From: a virus
Lineage: Duplodnaviria; Caudoviricetes
Virus record (IMG/VR): IMGVR_UViG_3300021387_000661
Span: 192,001-256,000 of that record
DNA length: 64,000 bases
Direction: 5' to 3' (one strand)
The translations under genes and the position numbers were made by a program. How positions within the stretch are numbered: position 1 is the stretch's first letter; every line of letters begins with the position of its first letter. A model generated the notes under the pieces. That model saw nothing but the letters and a program-made list of their open reading frames with translations, was not told the DNA's origin and searched no databases. Positions 1-10,624 of this stretch are shown here, in pieces.

Positions 1-322
1 GCTTGGTCCCATCAGGAAGTGATTGTTCATCTATTGGTTTATAAAAATTATCATTGTCTGCCGGGATATTGAGGACATCCCCATCTTTTATTGAAAATGG
101 ATTGAAGATATGATTTGCATACATAACCAAATCTATCATATCAAGATTTTGGGAGGTATTTCTCCAGACAAAATTATCTAACCTACCCTGTTCATCGCTG
201 TTGACACGTTCTACAAAATTACCATACATTCTACTAACATCAACAACAGGAATACACATATTTTTATATTCCTCACCATCAAATCCTATATATGTGTTCT
301 TTATATCAAAAATTTTTTCCAT
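1..322 (-). CDS. LysM-type baseplate wedge protein (T4 gp53-like), partial; runs off the window edge
   Basis: Manual translation MEKIFDIKNTY...GRLDNFVWRNTSQNLDMIDLVMYANHIFNPFSIKDGDVLNIP matches the RxD...N.I.NP.....G..L.IP LysM pattern; not in the ORF track because it is truncated. Confidence 0.6.
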   Translation of the reverse strand, partial: MEKIFDIKNTYIGFDGEEYKNMCIPVVDVSRMYGNFVERVNSDEQGRLDNFVWRNTSQNLDMIDLVMYANHIFNPFSIKDGDVLNIPADNDNFYKPIDEQSLPDGTK

Positions 323-334
323 TTTAACTTATTT

Positions 335-2125
335 TTATTTTAAGATTCCTCCCATTGTCCTTACCACAAGATTATTAACTGATGATCTTTTGTGTATGGA
401 TGGTGTGGTGGAATATTTACCATCTATTTCATATGTTTTATTTGCTTCCTGATTTTCCATATTCTTGTCTGGCTGGAAATTCTGCATGGAATCAATGGAT
501 CTATATGCATTCAATATATCACCATTTGTAAATGAATAAAATCTACCTTTTGAACCATTGAACATATTTTCAATCATTGAGTTGTCTCTTGGCATACAGT
601 GCTCCATTTCAACAATGAATTTTATTTCAGTAGGAAAATCATCATATCCCAAAGCATCACCAAACTGTACTGTGGTTTTTGTCACGGCCATATTTCCCAT
701 CATAGCAATGGGATCAAGTGGATTTCCAATGGTCACATGCCAGAAACCAGATGGATTTCCAGAAAGAAGTGCAGGAACAGCCACACCTTCACCAGCTACA
801 CCAATATTACCACCAAGAAGATTACCAACAAGACCCTGAATAAATCCAGATCCTATTGTCTTCAATCCATTTACAAGTTTACCCATAAAAGTATCAGGTG
901 TAGAACCGTCACTTGACAGGGATATCTTTCTAAATCCTTCCCTGACATCTCCGGCAAGACTCCTTAAATATGCACCATATTTACCCTGTCTTAATAAATC
1001 CGGATCACCATATTGAGGTGCAATGTTTCTGTTACCATAGAATATTGTCTCACCACCCCAGAATGAACCATAATTACCTGTAAGAATTAAGAAATTTGAC
1101 AAGATGTCCATCATAGCAATCCTTGGATTCACACATTTCAATGATTTCAATGAATATTCAAATGTTAGTGAGAAACTATTTGAGAATGTAAGACCTCTAC
1201 TTCTCAATTTTACTTTATTTACAACATTAATGTCACCATAAAGTTCTTCACCATATCTAGCATTAAAAGTATTGCCCTCATACCTATGTTGAGCAGCCAT
1301 TGCCTCTGCCATATTTTTCCCCTTTCCTGCCACCATAGCAGACATAATCCACAAACTTTTTGACTGTGCAGTTAAACTGTTACTACCACCCACCTGGGCT
1401 TCACCAGTTAATAGGTTTGTAGAGTCTCTTCTTCTCATCTGTGCTGCAAGACCACCATCCGGGTTTTGTAAGGATTCTGTTTTTCCTTCCCTTTCCTCCC
1501 AGTTTGCACCATAATCAAACTTGAGAATATCTGAAAGTTTATTACCTGTCTGTTCTCCCATATATGTAACCGCTGTTGCAAGGGCAAAATATTCATCTGG
1601 ATAATCATTCATCCTGTTTACCATTTCAGCAGGCATATCCAATCCAAACATATGATCAGAACAAGGTCGCGTATACCTTCTTAATGTAATCATATAGTTG
1701 TTTGGAATTTGATTGTAATATTTCAGATAGATAAAATCCTGCATTTTGTACCTTGCAAGACCATGCGGATCAAAATCATCAGAACTATAATAAGATATGA
1801 TATTTTTATATGTGGGATTTTTCTTATCTCTTAAATATGCTTTAAGATATTCATCCTTCATAATACATCTTTCATAGTCACTATATTCTGTGAAATTTAT
1901 ATCCTGTGAGAACATAGGATATCCATTATATATAGTTCTGTAGTTAATTGCCACATTGTCATTCATAATGGAATGAGGGAGGGCAATTACACCATTTGAT
2001 TCATCTGAAGCAACAAAGAAATCCAACCCATCATCCTTATCTGCACTTACATTTTTAACCTCGACAGGAAATGGGGTCATTCTTGCATCTACATTACAAG
2101 CATCAAAATAAAAAGTATTTGGCAT
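335..2125 (-). CDS. Putative virion structural (baseplate/tail-tube initiator-like) protein, 596 aa
   Basis: Long ORF next to the LysM wedge gene, with a CATAAATA element upstream on the minus strand; function inferred from context. Confidence 0.45.
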   Translation of the reverse strand: MPNTFYFDACNVDARMTPFPVEVKNVSADKDDGLDFFVASDESNGVIALPHSIMNDNVAINYRTIYNGYPMFSQDINFTEYSDYERCIMKDEYLKAYLRDKKNPTYKNIISYYSSDDFDPHGLARYKMQDFIYLKYYNQIPNNYMITLRRYTRPCSDHMFGLDMPAEMVNRMNDYPDEYFALATAVTYMGEQTGNKLSDILKFDYGANWEEREGKTESLQNPDGGLAAQMRRRDSTNLLTGEAQVGGSNSLTAQSKSLWIMSAMVAGKGKNMAEAMAAQHRYEGNTFNARYGEELYGDINVVNKVKLRSRGLTFSNSFSLTFEYSLKSLKCVNPRIAMMDILSNFLILTGNYGSFWGGETIFYGNRNIAPQYGDPDLLRQGKYGAYLRSLAGDVREGFRKISLSSDGSTPDTFMGKLVNGLKTIGSGFIQGLVGNLLGGNIGVAGEGVAVPALLSGNPSGFWHVTIGNPLDPIAMMGNMAVTKTTVQFGDALGYDDFPTEIKFIVEMEHCMPRDNSMIENMFNGSKGRFYSFTNGDILNAYRSIDSMQNFQPDKNMENQEANKTYEIDGKYSTTPSIHKRSSVNNLVVRTMGGILK

Positions 2126-2146
2126 ATATACATATATGATATATGA

Positions 2147-2168
2147 TATTTATGAATATCCATAAATA
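2147..2168. promoter_or_regulatory. Divergent pair of CATAAATA late-promoter-like elements
   Basis: TATTTATG (minus) and CATAAATA (plus) lie between divergent genes; resembles T4 late TATAAATA. Confidence 0.55.
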
Positions 2169-2201
2169 TTCTATATAAGGTTGTTAAGATATTTTTTACT
2201 T

Positions 2202-3551
2202 ATGTCAAATTCAACAAGATATTTTCAATTGACTCCAGATATACTTGTGGAGTATAATTATAGTAGTTTAAATACAGGAACAATTAGTATTGGACATGAT
2301 AAAGGTAAGATTATTGCAAGAACACTGACTTGGGATGATTCTGGTTTTGTTTTACCTGTGAATAAATCCGAATCAAAATTTATTGCTGCTGGATTCCCCA
2401 TCAGTAAATCTGGATTCACTCCAGAATCTATAAGTGAAGGTATATGTAATGTATTCGCTGATACATTTAAACTTCAATTTACAAGTAGAAATTATTTTGG
2501 AAATAATGGTTATGATGGGTTTATAATTACTGTAAATATATATGACAAAATAAAAAATAAAATTTGTTTGTTTTCTCATTATGTAAGAAAAACAGATGAT
2601 ATCAGTATTAATGAAAATCCTCTACTCATCAACCAAAAGTTATATACTGCAAATTTAAGTTTCAAGATTCCTAATGTATATGCAATATTATATCCGGAAA
2701 AGGTTGTAAATTCTAATGATGAAAATCTATTAAGGTCTAAATTGTTTCCTACATATGGTATATTGGATAACACACCTATAATTATGAGTATATATGGTGT
2801 AAAATCCACTGTGGTTGAGCATACACATGAATATTATACTGTAGAAAAAATTAATTCCATTTATATCCCTGTTGAAGATCATACAAAAAAATTGAACTTC
2901 ACCATTTATGAAGATAAAAAATATGACTACTTTGTAATTAAAACTGATAAAGATAGTGGATCTTTATCTTCTTATTTGAATACTATATCAGATGGTCATC
3001 CTGAATTGTATATTGTATTCCATGAATTAACTGTTACAGAAAACGTTGTGGATAGTAATAATGATCCCCATAGTGAAATCACACACCATGAACAGTTTCT
3101 CATAAATGGTGGAAAACAAACTGAAGATGGAATTATTGTAAATGGCAGTGAACTGGATAAAGAAATATATTTCAGACCTGTTATACGGTATGCAGACAAG
3201 GATGTATCTGTTAATATTGATGTAAAAACTTATATTATCAACACTCTTGACAATACAACAATAGTAAAACATATATCCCTTGATAGTAGAGATCCAGAAA
3301 GTAGATTCGACCCTAACAAATATGGTAAAAAAATAAATCAAATTGTACTTGATGGTTCTGAAAACAATAAAAAATTGACACAGGTGAAAGTATATAACAA
3401 GAGACCAGACATTGATCTTGATGGTGTTAAGATTACCAATGCCAGTTCTAATGTCAAGATTGAAAACCACCAGCATTCAGTTATTGGGTTTATTGAATGT
3501 GCAAATGTGGGGGTTTCAATAGAACAAATACCAACAGAGTTGTTACAGTAA
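2202..3551 (+). CDS. Hypothetical protein (probably late/structural)
   Basis: ORF track; ATG start chosen at 2202. Confidence 0.75.
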   Translation: MSNSTRYFQLTPDILVEYNYSSLNTGTISIGHDKGKIIARTLTWDDSGFVLPVNKSESKFIAAGFPISKSGFTPESISEGICNVFADTFKLQFTSRNYFGNNGYDGFIITVNIYDKIKNKICLFSHYVRKTDDISINENPLLINQKLYTANLSFKIPNVYAILYPEKVVNSNDENLLRSKLFPTYGILDNTPIIMSIYGVKSTVVEHTHEYYTVEKINSIYIPVEDHTKKLNFTIYEDKKYDYFVIKTDKDSGSLSSYLNTISDGHPELYIVFHELTVTENVVDSNNDPHSEITHHEQFLINGGKQTEDGIIVNGSELDKEIYFRPVIRYADKDVSVNIDVKTYIINTLDNTTIVKHISLDSRDPESRFDPNKYGKKINQIVLDGSENNKKLTQVKVYNKRPDIDLDGVKITNASSNVKIENHQHSVIGFIECANVGVSIEQIPTELLQ

Positions 3552-3580
3552 AAGAGAACTAAAAAGTTCTCTTTTTTTTT
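3551..3580 (+). terminator. Intrinsic terminator
   Basis: AAAGAGAACT/AGTTCTCTTT hairpin followed by a T run. Confidence 0.75.
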
Positions 3581-3630
3581 TGGAATTGTCAGAAATTATT
3601 ATTATCTTTGTGGTGAAAACAAGATGATAT

Positions 3631-3831
3631 ATGAAAAAGATTAAATTCAACTTTCAGGGAAAACAAAGAGTTCACACTTTTTTCTTTGGGATTAAACCTG
3701 GTGTTAATGGATTTAGTATCCGTGATGACAGGGGTATTCTTCATGACTGTTTACTTACAAATAATGTAGTGAATATCTATGGACTGGATTCAGATGTGTT
3801 GGAAGAAAAGAGTAATGTTGAAATACTTTGA
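3631..3831 (+). CDS. Hypothetical protein
   Basis: ORF downstream of a TTTG...TATCTTTG promoter. Confidence 0.55.
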   Translation: MKKIKFNFQGKQRVHTFFFGIKPGVNGFSIRDDRGILHDCLLTNNVVNIYGLDSDVLEEKSNVEIL

Positions 3832-3836
3832 ACAAT

Positions 3837-4448
3837 ATGCTTACAATAAAAGAAATTAAGGATTCTGGTGGTCTTTATACCATTCCTTCTTATGTACATT
3901 TCAACAAGGATATTTGTTTTGACTTTCGCTTGTTTGATGCACTTGTCAACCCAAATTCTGATGGGTGTGCAGACTATAAATATGACTTTAATGTCTATCT
4001 GCCAAAATATGGTGTATATCTTCAGAGACCTTATGTTTGGGAGCATTGTCAGCAGCAGGAGTTTATTCTATCTATACTCCAGGAGAAACCTATTGATTCC
4101 ATCATCCTGGTTCAGCATGATAATGACACAAACAGGATGAATAGGACAAACATAGTAAATTATGTCATTGATGGTAAACAGAGGTTGATGACCATCCAGA
4201 AGTTTGCCAATAATGAGTTCCCTATATATATCAATGGGAAGGAGTACTATTTCAGGGATTTTGATAAAGACCTTCAGAGGTTCTTCAAATCCAGGGTCAA
4301 CTATTTCATTGGTACTGTGTATTACTCTTACCCTGATGCACCGGTGACTGAAGATATGCTCATCACCCTCTTCAATTTCTACAACTTTGCCGGGACACCA
4401 CAGACAGAGGAACATAAAAATAAACTTCAAAGTTTGTTGGAAAAATAA
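3837..4448 (+). CDS. DUF262 (ParB/Srx-like, GmrS-type) domain protein
   Basis: LQRPYVW and VIDGKQRLMTI motifs. Confidence 0.8.
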   Translation: MLTIKEIKDSGGLYTIPSYVHFNKDICFDFRLFDALVNPNSDGCADYKYDFNVYLPKYGVYLQRPYVWEHCQQQEFILSILQEKPIDSIILVQHDNDTNRMNRTNIVNYVIDGKQRLMTIQKFANNEFPIYINGKEYYFRDFDKDLQRFFKSRVNYFIGTVYYSYPDAPVTEDMLITLFNFYNFAGTPQTEEHKNKLQSLLEK

Positions 4449-4537
4449 GTCTTATTTCCATTATTACAAAAAAATCGCCCTCATTTGAGTGCGATTTTTT
4501 CTTATTTCTGCACTAAACTTGGTGCGATTATTAAAAT

Positions 4538-5002
4538 TTAGTCTTTATCTTCTTTTTTCTTCTTTTTCTTATCGTCATCGTCATCATCTTTCTCCTCTTT
4601 CTTCTCGTCCTTTTCTTTTACCTCTTCCTCTTCTTCGTGCTTCTCCTCTTTTTTCTCTTTCTTTTCACCATCTTTCTTTTCTCCCTTATCACCTTCTTCT
4701 TTTTCAGATGGTTTTGCATCAGTATTTTCTGTTGGTTTTTCATCAACATCCTTACCACTGACAACATCCTTGGCAATGACAGTTTCATCTTTTTCTACAG
4801 GAACAATAACATATGATTTATTAAGTTCATCATTATGTTTCTTCAAATTCTTTGTTTCTGGACATTCTTCTTTCTCACCTTCTGCTGTTTTTTTATTCCA
4901 GTAGGTTTCATAATCATCAATTGTACCTTGATAATAACGGATTTTTTTCAAAATGAAATCTTCTTGACCTTCTACAGGTATTTTTTTATCTTCTTTACTC
5001 AT
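4538..5002 (-). CDS. Hypothetical protein with a highly charged K/E/D tail
   Basis: ORF track; low-complexity C-terminus. Confidence 0.7.
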   Translation of the reverse strand: MSKEDKKIPVEGQEDFILKKIRYYQGTIDDYETYWNKKTAEGEKEECPETKNLKKHNDELNKSYVIVPVEKDETVIAKDVVSGKDVDEKPTENTDAKPSEKEEGDKGEKKDGEKKEKKEEKHEEEEEVKEKDEKKEEKDDDDDDKKKKKKEDKD

Positions 5003-5077
5003 AATATAAATATCTATTATAAGTTATTTATGATAGTTTATTTTTGTTATATTTATTAACAGGTAAATAAGTATTTT

Positions 5078-5878
5078 ATGAGTAAGAATTATTATGATGT
5101 TCTGGGAATAAAAAAGACAGCAACCCAGGATGAAATAAAGAAAGCATATAGGGAGTTATGTAAAAAATACCATCCTGACAAGAATGGTGGTGATGATACA
5201 AAATTCAAAGAAATTAATGAGGCATATGAAACCCTTGGAGATGAAACAAAGAGAAAGCAATATGACTCACCTGGTGGATTTGGTGAATTTGGTGGATTTA
5301 ATGGGTTTAGTGGATTCAATGGGTTTAATGGATTTCATGGATTCAGACAAATGGCATCTGATATACAAATGAAGATAACTATATCCATTGAAGATGCATA
5401 TTATGGTTGTAAATATCCTGTTAATGTAAATGGAAAACTCTATTCAATAGATATACCAAAAGGCATTACAAATGGAAAGGTATTGAAAATATCAGGACTT
5501 GGTACAAAGGGGTATAATATATATGGTGAACAAACCACTGGAGATTTAATTGTACATATTTCTGTACAAAATACAGATAAGATGTATTTAACAAGTATGG
5601 TTAATGGTACAACTGTTCTTGAAGTTCTCCAGGCGGTAGACTGGATAGATGCAATACTTGGTGCAGAGATTACTGTGAAGGTGTTTGACAGGGATGTGAA
5701 GGTAAGAGTTCCTAAATTCACACAGAATGGTGGATATACTATGGTTGGTGGTCAGGGTTTCCACAAGTATAATTCAGATGAACTGGGGAGTTTGAGAGTT
5801 AACTTTATTATTAAAATGCCAAAAAATCTCACAGACAGTCAACTTGAACAACTTAAAAAAATAAAAGAGAGCATGTAA
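5078..5878 (+). CDS. dnaJ: DnaJ/CbpA-type co-chaperone
   Basis: J-domain with HPD, G/F-rich linker, C-terminal substrate-binding domain, no zinc finger. Confidence 0.92.
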   Translation: MSKNYYDVLGIKKTATQDEIKKAYRELCKKYHPDKNGGDDTKFKEINEAYETLGDETKRKQYDSPGGFGEFGGFNGFSGFNGFNGFHGFRQMASDIQMKITISIEDAYYGCKYPVNVNGKLYSIDIPKGITNGKVLKISGLGTKGYNIYGEQTTGDLIVHISVQNTDKMYLTSMVNGTTVLEVLQAVDWIDAILGAEITVKVFDRDVKVRVPKFTQNGGYTMVGGQGFHKYNSDELGSLRVNFIIKMPKNLTDSQLEQLKKIKESM

Positions 5879-5915
5879 GCTCTCTTTTGTTGTTATGTGC
5901 TATGTATGTGTTATA

Positions 5916-6470
5916 TCAGAAAACAAAATCAATTATGTTTCCTGCAACACTATTATCACAAAGGAAATCAATGTTAACTTTTGCTACATCTTTGTTTCCA
6001 GAAATCTCTCTTCCAGAAAGTCCTCTTTCCTTATAATAACTCTTGAATGCTTTTACAACAACTGTGATTGTATCAAGGTCTGTTGCTTTTGTAAGGTTTG
6101 AATAATTGGTGCGACCAATGTAAAGTTTACCAGGTTTTTCAACAATGATATTAGGAAGAACCTTCTCAACAAGGAATGTCTTCAATGTTTCTGGATCAAC
6201 ATCCTTATCACCCTCAAGGATATAACCACCAAATGATTGACCATTTATAGAAGGGTTCATAAGATATCCAAGTTTGGTTATACCTTTTACATCACTATCA
6301 ATTACACCCTGGCAATCAAACCAGAATGGTATTCTTTCTTCAATAAGTTTGCAGAGAATTACTTCAAAGGTATTTTTGAAATCATTATATGTGAGTTTCC
6401 TACCTTCTCTCTCATCTCTATACTTTGATAAAATTCCTTCATTAAGGAACTGTTTCCAAGATGGCATCAT
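5916..6470 (-). CDS. Hypothetical protein, possible internal head protein
   Basis: N-terminus MMPSWKQFLNE resembles the T4 capsid-targeting sequence; CATAAATA upstream. Confidence 0.6.
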   Translation of the reverse strand: MMPSWKQFLNEGILSKYRDEREGRKLTYNDFKNTFEVILCKLIEERIPFWFDCQGVIDSDVKGITKLGYLMNPSINGQSFGGYILEGDKDVDPETLKTFLVEKVLPNIIVEKPGKLYIGRTNYSNLTKATDLDTITVVVKAFKSYYKERGLSGREISGNKDVAKVNIDFLCDNSVAGNIIDFVF

Positions 6471-6526
6471 AATTTTTTACTATTAAAATTTACTATATTA
6501 TATTTATGAAACAACATAAATAACTT

Positions 6527-7855
6527 ATGAGAAAATTGAGTAATATAACTGAATCGGTCTGGAATGACATCAGGAAAAGAGGAAATGGAACTGAAGTAAG
6601 GAAGGAAGATGAAAGGCATAAGATTTTAGAAAGACTTCTTGCAACATATATAAAGTTGTTTGCAGAGAGTTGTTACTATCATGATGAATATACATCAGGT
6701 AGTTATCCAGATTTTAGGGCATATATAAAAGACTTCAGGGATAATCCAAGAATTGAAGAAGTGTGTCCTGATGATTCATATTTTGATGACTTACTTAATT
6801 ATGTTAATAAGGAAACCTGGAATGATCAGATTATTGATACTGTAATGGAAATGACAAACAGACTTGATAAAGGTGAACATCTGATAACTGATGATGTCAT
6901 TGAAGAATTGAAGAAACATAATATAACTGAATCAGTCTGGAATGACATCAGGAAAAGAGGAAATGGTACTGAAGTGAAGAAAGAGGATCATATAGATCTT
7001 CTTGATCCTGATGATTTTGTTTCCTATATAAGAAAAAACTACAGGATTGATAATACACCATATGATATTGAAAACCATATGAATTCTTCTAATATTTTCA
7101 TACCTATCTGTACCTGTGGTGTAAAAATGATAAAATTGATGGCAATATATTTTGAGTATGATGAAGGTGTGGTATATACACACAATTCAATCAAAAAATA
7201 TATACCTAAATTATGGACAAAGTTAGACCAGGAATTTGACTTATGGGATAATGATCCTGATTATCAAGACTATACAATTATAAATCCAAAGGACACAAGT
7301 AAAAAAATAACCAATTCATTTGTACTTGAAGTTTTGAATTTCATCATAGATAACATAGATGATGTAGATAATGATACTATTAAATCTTGCATTTCCAGAA
7401 AAATAAATGAATCAGTCTGGAATGACATCAGGAAAAGAGGAAATGGTACTGATGTCAAGAAAGAGGATGATGTTGACCTTATGGATGCTGATGCATTTCT
7501 TCAGTATTTGAAAGACCATTATGATTCTACTAACATTGAATTTAGAGAGGATATGGGACAATATTATCATTGCTTTTTAATTAATATATTGAAATTGTTC
7601 TCAAATGTAAGTTATTTTCTTTCTTATGACTTTAAAAAGAAGAATATTTCATTTAATCTTGATTTGAAAAACCATTATCCAGATTTATTTATAAAGATGA
7701 ATGATGCTTTCCGCATTATGGGTATAAACAGGACAACTTGTTATATATATGACAAAGATAGTTTAGATGTAACAAATTCATTATATATTAAGGTGTTGAA
7801 TTTTATCATTGATAATGTTGAAAATAAAGAAGATTTACTAATAAATAGAAAATGA
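6527..7855 (+). CDS. Repeat-module protein A (3 modules), putative internal head polyprotein
   Basis: Three copies of xxESVWNDIRKRGNGT(E/D)V(R/K)KED. Confidence 0.75.
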   Translation: MRKLSNITESVWNDIRKRGNGTEVRKEDERHKILERLLATYIKLFAESCYYHDEYTSGSYPDFRAYIKDFRDNPRIEEVCPDDSYFDDLLNYVNKETWNDQIIDTVMEMTNRLDKGEHLITDDVIEELKKHNITESVWNDIRKRGNGTEVKKEDHIDLLDPDDFVSYIRKNYRIDNTPYDIENHMNSSNIFIPICTCGVKMIKLMAIYFEYDEGVVYTHNSIKKYIPKLWTKLDQEFDLWDNDPDYQDYTIINPKDTSKKITNSFVLEVLNFIIDNIDDVDNDTIKSCISRKINESVWNDIRKRGNGTDVKKEDDVDLMDADAFLQYLKDHYDSTNIEFREDMGQYYHCFLINILKLFSNVSYFLSYDFKKKNISFNLDLKNHYPDLFIKMNDAFRIMGINRTTCYIYDKDSLDVTNSLYIKVLNFIIDNVENKEDLLINRK

Positions 7856-8820
7856 TACCAGATTTTAAGACATACATTAAAGAATCCATCTGGGGTGACA
7901 TCAGGAAAAGAGGAAATGGTACTGATGTCAAGAAAGAAGATGATGTTAATCATATGAATTTTGATACATTTGCTGATTACATTAAAGATAACTATTCAGA
8001 AAAAGGAGATTGGTTTTCTATTGGTGAAAGTTCAGATGAAAAATCAAGACATATAGAAATAGATATTATCTCTGGAATCGATTTAAGTTTTAATGTAGTT
8101 AATGGAAAGATATATAATATATTAATACAAAATAATGCCAACAAATATATAGATGTACCTGGACTTAAAAAGATATTTAATGTAAATATACTCGGTAGTG
8201 GTACATTTGGTGTTGTTGAAAAGGATTGGACAAGATCAAATAATACATTTGTAAAATTGATTGAATTTTTCCTGGAGAAAAAGACAAATGAATCTATCTG
8301 GAATGACATCAGAAGGCGAGGTAATGGAACTGATGTCAAGAAAGAGGATGATGTTGACTTACTTGAACCGCAAGCATTTGTTGAATATCTCAGGGAGACA
8401 TATAAAAATGTGAATACTGACTTCCATATTTTTAAGGATTTGAATGATAAAATAACTGTTCCTATCTTTGAAACAGATTTAGGTACAAAAGTAACCTGGT
8501 TCTTGGAGTATGATTGTGATAAAAATGAAGTATTTGTCTGGAAACAATTTTTAATTAAAGATGATGAACTTTTTAATAAACTCAAAAATAATTATAAAAC
8601 GGAGATTATAAAAAAAGATTTTACAGAATATGTTTTAATAGAACCAAAAATAGGTAAGTCATCAAACAAGTTCTTTATAGAAATCATTGATTATATTCTT
8701 GAAAATGCATATATCTTCTTCAAAAGAATACTTGTTAAGAATAATAAATTATCTGAATCTATATGGAATGACATACGTAGAAGAGGTAATGGTACTGATG
8801 TTAAAGAAGAGGATAATATA
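6551..8820 (+). repeat. Six dispersed ~65 bp direct repeats encoding ESxW(N/G)DIR(K/R)RGNGTxVxxED
   Basis: Copies begin near 6551, 6929, 7409, 7882, 8290 and 8755. Confidence 0.9.
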
Positions 8821-9225
8821 AACAATCTTGATTGTGAAGGATTGACAGATTATTTAAAAAAACATTATAAACCATTAAATGCATATGCTGTTATAACTTC
8901 TGTTGCAGATATAATAAGTGTACCAATAATAAGAAATCATACAAACAGTTCTATAATGTTTGCATGTAAAACAAATAAGGTTAAAATGACAAATGATATA
9001 GTGGATCGGGTACATGGTTTATTAAGAGTAATGGAAAATAACTTTTCAATAGAAACATTTGAAGGTGAAGATGGAAATGGAGAATATAAAGTTTATACAA
9101 TTTTACCAAAAGATGGAAGTGAAGTGACAAACAAGTTTTTTATTGAAGTGATTGATTTCCTTTTATATCATATACCTGGTGATTTGTATAATAAATCTAT
9201 TGTAAAAATTGATGATAAATCATAA
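7852..9225 (+). CDS. Repeat-module protein B (3 modules), putative internal head polyprotein
   Basis: Starts MIPDFKTYIKE-SIW; three copies of the same motif. Confidence 0.75.
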   Translation: MIPDFKTYIKESIWGDIRKRGNGTDVKKEDDVNHMNFDTFADYIKDNYSEKGDWFSIGESSDEKSRHIEIDIISGIDLSFNVVNGKIYNILIQNNANKYIDVPGLKKIFNVNILGSGTFGVVEKDWTRSNNTFVKLIEFFLEKKTNESIWNDIRRRGNGTDVKKEDDVDLLEPQAFVEYLRETYKNVNTDFHIFKDLNDKITVPIFETDLGTKVTWFLEYDCDKNEVFVWKQFLIKDDELFNKLKNNYKTEIIKKDFTEYVLIEPKIGKSSNKFFIEIIDYILENAYIFFKRILVKNNKLSESIWNDIRRRGNGTDVKEEDNINNLDCEGLTDYLKKHYKPLNAYAVITSVADIISVPIIRNHTNSSIMFACKTNKVKMTNDIVDRVHGLLRVMENNFSIETFEGEDGNGEYKVYTILPKDGSEVTNKFFIEVIDFLLYHIPGDLYNKSIVKIDDKS

Positions 9226-9250
9226 ATAACTATATAAAAGTTTTTGTAAT

Positions 9251-9562
9251 ATGGAGAATATTAAGAAAGTTTTGTCTGAAATTATTGAACAGGCAGGATA
9301 TGATACAAAAAAATGTCAATATTGTAAATCATATAAGAATGGTGGGTGTACATTTGGTTGTGTTAATGAAAGATTGAGAATCACATCACCTAATTATTCT
9401 TGTGATAATTTTGATGCAAACTATTCACTTAATGAAAAGACTCTTGACAATTTAAGAGACCTTTTGAAAGCAGTTGAAAGAGTTGATGAGGGTATAAAGA
9501 ACCTTACACTACTTCTTGATGGAAAGATTACTGAAGATGAATTTAATGATTTGATTGGTTAA
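9251..9562 (+). CDS. Hypothetical Cys-rich protein
   Basis: ORF track; CxxC...C...C. Confidence 0.65.
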   Translation: MENIKKVLSEIIEQAGYDTKKCQYCKSYKNGGCTFGCVNERLRITSPNYSCDNFDANYSLNEKTLDNLRDLLKAVERVDEGIKNLTLLLDGKITEDEFNDLIG

Positions 9563-9564
9563 TT

Positions 9565-10026
9565 ATGAATGAAGTTTTGAAATTTGATGATTTTCTCAAT
9601 GAAGAACTCAACATCACCAGATATGACAATGGCGTGTGCAGGTTGAGTGAGAGATGGTTCTATTATAATCTTGATGATGACATTATATATGGTTCAAATG
9701 AGAAACCAGTTTTGGATGACAATATTCTTTTTGCATTCAACCCAGTTTCTTGTACAATCTTATTGGATGGTAAAGAACAGCAATATGATGTTAATAATCC
9801 TATTTGTCTCATTCAATATATTATGGAAGATGGGAAGGTTACTGTTTATACTGATGATGTATTGGAATTTCTTAAAGGTCTTGGTTTCACAGGAACTGAA
9901 ATCACTTCACAAACATCAAGATTTAAGTTACAAGATATTTTTGAAAGTGATGATGATTACAGATATATACTTGTTTATGGAGACCAGATGATTGCATCTA
10001 CATTTGATGTCATTGAAGAAAACTAA
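9565..10026 (+). CDS. Hypothetical protein, possible internal head protein
   Basis: N-terminus VLKFDDFLNE is capsid-targeting-like. Confidence 0.65.
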   Translation: MNEVLKFDDFLNEELNITRYDNGVCRLSERWFYYNLDDDIIYGSNEKPVLDDNILFAFNPVSCTILLDGKEQQYDVNNPICLIQYIMEDGKVTVYTDDVLEFLKGLGFTGTEITSQTSRFKLQDIFESDDDYRYILVYGDQMIASTFDVIEEN

Positions 10027-10042
10027 CACATACACATAAAAG

Positions 10043-10074
10043 AAAAAAGGACTGGAACAAACCAGTCCTTTTTT
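10043..10074 (+). terminator. Intrinsic terminator
   Basis: AAAAAAGGACTGG/CCAGTCCTTTTTT. Confidence 0.8.
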
Positions 10075-10213
10075 GTTACCTGGGTGTCGATAAATTGGTG
10101 ACCACCTACTATGGTAACATATATTGTATGTGTTTTGTTATATTTATGTTAAGAAATTTTTGTAATTTTTAGATATTTTCATTATATTTGTAATAGAGAA
10201 ATAATATATAATT

Positions 10214-10624
10214 ATGAGTAAATCAAAAAGACCACAATTCTTTGCTATGTACAAGGATTTCAATGATGGTAAGATAAAACCATATGATGTCCTTGGGGTT
10301 ATTTTTAATAATATCCTTACATCAAAGGGAGGAATCAAAAAAGATTTCCACACATATGATAAAAATTGGAACAGAATTCCAGTAAGAACAAAGGAACATC
10401 TTCAAAAGTTTATTGAAGATACTTTCAGATATTGTTATTGGGGCAAGTGTGAGTGGGAATTCATTACCATTGACTGGCCATACAGAGATACCATCAATGA
10501 GTCAAGACCTGTGAAAATAGATGTATTTGACCAGCTTGAACCAAACATCCCTGTCATCACTGACCTGGTGTGGAACTATATTGAACCTAAAATCATTAAA
10601 CTCATCAAGAAAGAGAATGAATAA
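10214..10624 (+). CDS. Hypothetical protein
   Basis: ORF track. Confidence 0.7.
   Translation: MSKSKRPQFFAMYKDFNDGKIKPYDVLGVIFNNILTSKGGIKKDFHTYDKNWNRIPVRTKEHLQKFIEDTFRYCYWGKCEWEFITIDWPYRDTINESRPVKIDVFDQLEPNIPVITDLVWNYIEPKIIKLIKKENE

Noticed and set aside
6551-8820. CRISPR array or diversity-generating retroelement repeats
   Set aside because: Repeats are in-frame coding, spaced 380-480 bp apart and differ mostly at synonymous sites; no cas or reverse transcriptase gene in the window
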